Assembly (NCBI RefSeq): GCF_009914755.1
Contig: NC_060925.1
Origin: the human T2T-CHM13v2.0 reference genome, Homo sapiens
Length of the DNA stretch: 64,000 nucleotides
Reading direction: 5' to 3' (one strand)
Part shown: positions 50,789 to 64,000 of the stretch, one piece after another
Position numbering within the stretch: position 1 is the stretch's first letter
Layout of the letters: each line of letters starts with the position of its first letter
The notes under the pieces: generated by a model
What the model was told of the DNA's origin: nothing
Databases searched by the model: none
The model's input: only the letters and a program-made list of their open reading frames with translations
Program-made: the position numbers and the translations under genes

Positions 50789-53700
50789 TGAGGTGGAATT
50801 TGAACTCAGAAAGTCCGGCTCCAATGTCTTCCTTCAAAGAGGCCACGCTCTCTGCCTACAGGTCACGAAGTCCTGGAAGTACTACAGGATGGTGAGAAAA
50901 TCTCCAAAAGGAGCGAGGGTCTGATCGATCTGACCGGTCAGGAAGCCTGCATCTTGCAGGAGATCTATGAGTCAGGTCTGGGAAGATGAAGAGCAGCCAG
51001 GCAGCCTCCTCCACCCTGACCTGGCTGCAATTTTTTTTTTAACCTCTTCCTCACTGTAATACAAGGAGCACTCAGCAAGGGGTTCCTTCCTCCCTGCTGG
51101 AAGTCTCAAGTCACAAATGGGTGATAGCTGATGAGAAACGGCTGCATGCAGCGCTTGAGCAGTCAGAAGAGACTTCACAGGGATCCCCTCGTCTAATCTT
51201 AGGCGGCCCTTGGATAAGCAAGGCAGGGATCTGTTACCCCTTTCTACAGATGGGAGATTGAGCCCCTGCCCCAGTGAGGCAATCTGCCTAAGGTGTGATT
51301 AGAAGAAACAATTCAAACTTGGATCTTCTGACTCCAAATTCCATGCCGTTTCCTCACAGCAGGCTCCCTCCCTGCCAGGATGAACAAACGCACACACCAC
51401 ACTGCTTCCCATGCTCTATGCTTTTTCCCGAATGAAGGCCATTCACAAAAGTCCTGTGAGGTGAGGTCAGGAGTGATCTCCAATTGCAGATTAAAAAAAC
51501 TGAGGCTCAGAGAGGTGTAAGGACTACCCAAGGTCACACAGCTAGGAGGTGGCTTTGAGTTGGGCTGAACACAAGGAGGAGGGACCTGGCCTGGGCCCAG
51601 ACTCTGTCACAGTTGGGGAGTGGGGAGGGCTGGAGATTAAGAAACAGGTGAGCAGCAGCCTTCACCCATCAGCCCTGGGGTATCCAGAGACCCCTGCTCA
51701 GACCCTCCCACTTCAGGGTTCCCACTTGCCCTTGCCTCTCTTGAGGCCTCCCTGTGCCCCACTTGCTCCAAGTGCCATATTCAAGCAGCACCCTGTGCTT
51801 TGAAGGTGGCCCAGGGAAGCTCACTCCATTACTGACTAATTAATTAATTTTTTAAAAAGTGATGGGGTCTTGCTCTGTTGCTCAGGCTGGAGTGCAGTGG
51901 TGCAGTCAGTGATAGCTCGCTGCAGCCTTAAACTCCTGGGCTCAAGCAGTCCTCCTGCCTCAGCCTCCAGGGTAGCTGGGACTACAGACATGCACCACTG
52001 CGCCTGGCTCAGAACTTTTTTATCTTGCAAATCTGAAACTCTATACTCATTAAACAATAATTCCTCATCCCTCTTCCTCCATATCAGCCCTTGGCAACCA
52101 CAGGGAAGCTTGACCTTAACTTTTGGTTCCTGCAGAGCAGAGGCTGAGTGGTACAGAGCTCAGGGCTATGGAATCAGATAGGCTGGATTTCAGAGCCTCC
52201 TCTCCACTTATAAGCAACTTTGAACAAGTCCCTTTCCCTCACTGAGCCTCGATTTCATCATCTGTAAAATGGAAGAGGATAACAGCGGTAGTAGGAATTC
52301 ATAATGCCTATAAAAGGTAGATATCCAATAATGGTATCTTTGGTTATTATCATCATTATGTAAGTGAGTAGCTGAAAGTGCCTCAAAGTTGTAAATATCA
52401 GATCTGGGATTTTCATTCAAGCTTGCTGCTTTCTTTTTTCTTAAAATAAACACATAAATATATTAAAAAAAAAAAAAAAACAGAGACAGGATCTTGCTGT
52501 TTTCCAGGCTGGGCTCAGGTGATCCACCTGTCTCGGCCTCTCAAAGTGTTAGCACTACAGGCGTGAGCCACCACACCAGGCCCTTGCTGCTTTCTTGCTG
52601 GGTGACTATGAAAGTCCCTTCACCTCCCTGAGCCTCAGTTTCCTCATCTGTAACCTGGGAAGGTGAGAGAATATGTGGGTGTATGTTCCACACACAGACC
52701 ATCTTTGGAACCATCATCCTGGGTCCTGATCAAATCTCTCTGTAGGAAGTCCCCTGGGAGGCCAAGTTCTGCAGGGAACAGAATCCTGGCTTTGGCCCCA
52801 TCTCTAACCCAGGGCCAGTCCAAGGTAGATGCAGGAGGAGCAGGAAGGCAAGTTGGCCAGGCAGGGCAGCCAACCCACTGCTCCCGCTTTGTCCTCTGCA
52901 GGGCAGTATGCTTCTTGTGGCCAAGGTCTGGTGGTGCCCTTGGAAGTGCCTCTGGTTAGAAATGGGGCTTGTTCCCAGCTACCTTCTCCCTCAGTCCCCT
53001 TCCTGCCAGAGGTAGGTTTGCATGGGGATGGGAGAGAGGACGTGTAGGATGCATTCCAGGGCTCGAAGCAGGAGCCCACATCCTGCCATTCTCTGCCAAT
53101 CCTCATCTGGATTGGACTCTGGGAAGGGCTGCAGGAGTGGGGTCCAGCTGGAGTCAGCTCTGCCTCCTCTCTGGGGAGGATTGTTGGGGTCTTGCTAGCT
53201 GCTGTCTGGGTTGGGGAAGCTGTGCCAGGTGAGCTTGGCACACCAGCCTCTACTGCTCTGTAGCGGGGCCTCTTCCAGCCACTCTCTGGGGCCCGAGCGT
53301 GATGTATCCCATCAGCACATACGAGAACTGGTCATTTCCTATCACCTCCCTCAGCCGGTGTGGGCTCTCGGGGTACAGACCCCAGCTCACCTGTCTCAGT
53401 ATTCCCGTACTGGGCTTAGAGCCTGGCACGCGATGGCAGGAGTTCAATGAGTAACCATTAGTCGGCTGCATGAGTGAGAGGGTGACAGCCACTTCCTTGG
53501 GGAGAAGGTGGAAGTGGCTGTGGAACTTTCCACTGGGGGTAGGTTCCCCTGTGGGAGGGCAGGGAAGGTCCCTGAAGCCTTTGGAAGAATGGACCCTCAG
53601 GGCTCCTGGCAGGGGCATTTAACGGCAGGTAGAGCCCACCTGGCCTGGGGTTTCCCAGAATACAAACTGGGAGGAAAATAATAACACTGAACAGTCGCGT

Positions 53701-53950
53701 GGTGCTTCTAAGGACCAGGTGCTGTTCTGTGTTTTACGTTTCCGGGGAAGAAGTAATACTATTGGTGGTCCCCTGTGCAAAGTGGGGCTAATAACAGTAC
53801 TCACCTCACAGGCATTGTGAGGATCATGAGTTGTTCAAGGGGAGCATCTATCATCACTACTGGCAACTACTTTTTGCTATAAATTGGCTGAGTGGCTAGG
53901 ACTCCTCTTTACCCTTTACTTGGCATAAGCACTCCTTCCGGAAGCTTCTA

Positions 53951-54193
<243 letters not shown>

Positions 54194-55045
54194 TCAGGGA
54201 CACCTAGGCAGGGAGGATTGCGGCCCTTCCCCTGCTGGCCCCTAGGGGGCTCTCAAACTTGGCCTGTGACCCCAGGCCCCTTCCAGCCTGCGGGGGCTTG
54301 GTGGGTTACTGCTCCCTAAGCACGTGCAATGTAAGCTCTTCAAGGGAAAAGCCTGGGTCTTCTACCATAGGAAACGCTTCAGTGTTGAGTGCAGTCACTT
54401 GTATACCACAGGTGCTCAATAAATGCTTGTTGCCTAGCTGCTCTGTGTCTGGAAGCTATGAAGCCCCAGCATGGAGACCCACCCCAATGGTGTATGCTAC
54501 AGGGCTGGGCTGGAGAGGTGACTACCACTTCTACAGCTTGGAGGTGCCCCAGCCAGAAGGCCAGAGAGGCTAAGAATAGCAGGGGCAGGAAAAGAAGCTC
54601 AGCCCAGCCAGGCCAAGCTTTCCATGATGACAGCTCCTACTGCCCCACCTGCAGGGCACAGGGAACCTATCTGTAGCTGTTGCCACCGTTGCCAAGAAGT
54701 CACCTTGAGACTGTAGTGAACATCTAACCTCTAATCAGAATCAACCAAAATGCCTGATAATGAGAAGGAGGAAGTAAAGAACTGTATTTGTACACGACGG
54801 AGTACTATGCAACCATGAAAAATGATGTTTGCAGAGGTTTTGAGATGACAAGGGGGAAAATGTTCAGGATACAGGTCAAGGGAAAAGGAGACTAGACATT
54901 TAGTTATGATAATGGGAAAAAAAGACCACATATTAGAAAACCGATCTCTCTTTCCCTCCTCTCTCCTGCCCTCCCCCATGCTTTCTCTCTACATATGCAC
55001 ACACACATACCACAAGATCAACAGGAGTCATTTAAAATTTTTTCA

Positions 55046-57987
<2,942 letters not shown>

Positions 57988-58125
57988 CAGAGCTCCCTGT
58001 CTTATCTGCAGGGTCTTGGTGTCCACAGCTAGCATTTCCCAGCTGGTGCTTTCCCCACGGCAGCCTCCAGCCATGCTGAGGTACTCCTCAAGTTTCTAAT
58101 TATTGTTTTGTTAGGATTCTGATTA

Positions 58126-59340
<1,215 letters not shown>

Positions 59341-59882
59341 GTAAAGTTGCATAACTTTTGTTCTGCTCTTGTTCTATTTTCCCCACACGTACTGCTATTT
59401 TTAGTGTGCGATTTTACAGAACACAAGGTTTTTTGGAATTATATATACTGCTACAGCAAAAATGCCTGTACATGTCGATCACTTAGATGGATATGTCTGG
59501 CATTTAGCAAGCAACTCATCAATATTGGCCATTACAATCTTTGTTCAAGGTCTCCCATGTATGTTCCTGGGCCTGTCCAATTCCAAATTCTCTTTTGTTT
59601 TCTTGAAAAAGGACAAAATGCAAGACAAAGGAGGTGAGAGAGGCTCCACATATGGCCTTCACATGGAAAAATCAATCAATAAAGTAAAATTGATCTGTAA
59701 TGTAAGACCAGTCTATAGCCTGTTGGTAAATACTGATGACACCCTCTGTGAGGGAGGTAGCCATAAACCCCCGCTTAACAGATGCTGAGGCCGGGCGCGG
59801 TGGCTCACGCCTGTAACCCCAGCACTTTGGGAGGCCGAGGCGGGCAGATCACGAGGTCAGGAAAGGGAGACCATCCTGACTA

Positions 59883-60131
<249 letters not shown>

Positions 60132-60262
60132 TTAACTAGCCACTGTGGAGGTCTAAAACCCAGGTTCACTCATCTCTTTAGGTTTAAAAGGGCAACTCAG
60201 CTGCTGGGGAACAAGGACCTCAAAGGACAGGTGAATTTGTGAGGAGGGCAGGTCCTGAAGGC

Positions 60263-60725
<463 letters not shown>

Positions 60726-61917
60726 CAGCTAGGTGAGCTGGGAAGAGCCACTTGGGCTAAGAATGAGCTAAGAATGAGCAGACCTGGATCAGCATCCCCA
60801 GGAGGAACCAGCTCTGGGACCTCCAGCCTTTTTCCGTTCTTTCTCTAAAAAGGGGAAAACAGCCTCCCCTCCCAGAGCTGATAGATCTGTGCCTCTTATA
60901 CCTGCTTGCCCAATAACCCTGAGTTTCTTTTCTCTTTACCTTGTCCTCTCTGCCCTCCTCCTGGTAGGAGGCCCTCAGGCAGGTAACCTCTGAGGCTAAT
61001 CTTTAACATTTCTGTGACTACAAAAACTGGAGCTGTGCTTGTGAGATCCTCAAATAGGGTTCCACCATTAGAGCCACCTGACTGCATGACCTGTTGGCAA
61101 AGGCCTTGGGAAAATCGACAAGTTTACAAACTGTCAGTGTTTACACAGTGGACGAGAGCTCCATAAACTGCAGACAACTGGAACTCTCTGATCAAGGTAC
61201 AGATATAAGACGGTGAGAAATCCCTGTGTACTCTTCAACACAACCCTGGCCCTTTAGGGAAAGCAGGTGTTCTGTGCAGGGAAGTTCCCATGACTGTCAG
61301 ATAAGATGTGTTGAATACCAGGATTTTCACATTTTCCATCCTGGCTGCTTTAGTGAACTCCTATCTTAAACACATGTGCCTAGCTCCATCTCCATGGAGA
61401 CGGCTGTTTTAACTGACTAGGACATTCCACTTGTGACTCACACCCTCTGGGGCACACCAGTGAGCTCCATTTTCCACACCTGCAGCCAAGGAGTACTGTG
61501 GGTCACAAACCAACCAATTCAAATAGGTTTGAAACTGGGAGAGAAGAGAAGAATGCTTCTGAGCTTCATCTCAGCTGGAGAAATGGGGTAGAAAATGGGG
61601 CTCAGGCCCAAACAGCCTTTGGCGTGAGGGTCCTAGAAAGGAAGGGGAAGGTCCTCAGGCCCCCAGAAGTAATGGAAGAGTGTCTGATTCACAGCTCTGA
61701 GTTCAGACTCTGCTGGGGACTAGCCTGGAAGCATTCTGTACCCCAGCAGGGCTAGCCTAGAACCACACTGTGAAACCTGGCGTGCTTTTCCCTAAGTTAC
61801 CTGGAGTATGGGAAGAAAACCCCATTTCCAGACACCAGGGAACAAGACATTCTCTGTCCCAGAGTAGAATGAATCAAATTGATTTAGTGCTGGGTTCCTG
61901 GGTGACATCGCTAATAA

Positions 61918-63186
<1,269 letters not shown>

Positions 63187-64000
63187 TCATTTGTGTTCTG
63201 GCACACAGCTGGGGTGAGTGAACGAGCCAAGCCCATTTTACAAGGAAGGCAGCCAAATTCACATTAGAATTTAATCAGAAATATCTGTAAAAACTCGAGA
63301 GAATCCATATATTTCCTAAAGATCTTAATTGAACTTTGGGTACTTAGAACACAGAGGCTGTTTGGCCAGGCGTGGTGGCTCATGCTTATAATCCCAGCAC
63401 TTAGAGCTCCAAGGGGCTTACAGTCCTCTGAATCTAAGCCCAGGGCTTGTGTACTACAAGCTGCTGAGTCTGCTAAACTCCCCCCACCTTGGCAGCTGTG
63501 CAGCTGGGAGGCAGGAAAAGCCTTTCTTCCTCTGCTTGGAAGAAGAGAGCAGAAGCAGTGGTGATAGGATGCCTGGGGGGAACCTGGTGGCCATGCTGGG
63601 CTGATGTGCTCAGGGCTCCTGTGCCTTCTCCGCTATTCCTGGCACAGACAGTTGGCATCATGGCCACGGTAGGGGGCTGAGGCACTGCGGGGGCCCCTCA
63701 GGCTGAGAAATCGGCTGGAACAAACCAAATTATAATGCACAAACAACATCACCCTCAGCCTCCTGGCCTCAGAGCAGGAAGAGTGCCAGATGGTATCTAA
63801 CAGCAGCTGTTGATCTCCATCCTGGTCTGAGCAGCACCACTGAGCCTCAGGCCAGTTTCTCTGGGAGCTGAAGGGCAGCCAGCACCAGCAGGAGGCCAGG
63901 CTCCCCTGACCCTGATCGTGGGCCCTAGCACGGCCTGCATCTCCGCCTGGGACACCCAGTTGGCCTGGAAATGCTCATCTATCGTTAGACTCACCTTCCC

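Overview
Human (or very close great-ape) genomic DNA, extremely Alu-dense (roughly 85-90 Alu copies or fragments by eye). The right ~38 kb (about 26316-64000) is the 3' part of ECE1 (endothelin-converting enzyme 1, M13/neprilysin zinc metallopeptidase) on the minus strand. It holds 11 coding exons (9-19 in the usual 19-exon numbering) with canonical GT-AG borders, which splice to 1293 nt (430 aa + TAA) and include the [18 protein letters not shown] and terminal CEVW motifs, followed by a ~2.7 kb 3'UTR. The left ~26 kb is intergenic, layered transposon debris: old L1 5'/ORF1, a solo MLT2 LTR with a 5-bp TSD, a fragmented ERVL/HERV-L internal region (gag, protease, RT, dUTPase), MER47/MER58/MLT1 and nested Alus. 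I see no intact novel gene, RNA gene or multi-gene system. The most unusual signals are: (i) four perfect 21-bp tandem copies, each carrying a full consensus RFX X-box; (ii) a young ~435-bp duplication of ERVL pol plus an Alu junction pasted inside another Alu, with a fold-back hairpin scar; (iii) a 57-bp retroposed micro-insertion of unknown source; (iv) an inverted-Alu-flanked, stop-free, phase-0 exon 11-12 pair; (v) strong CTCF motifs and a compact enhancer-like motif cluster. Repeat subfamily names and exon numbers are from memory of consensus sequences, and repeat borders are approximate.
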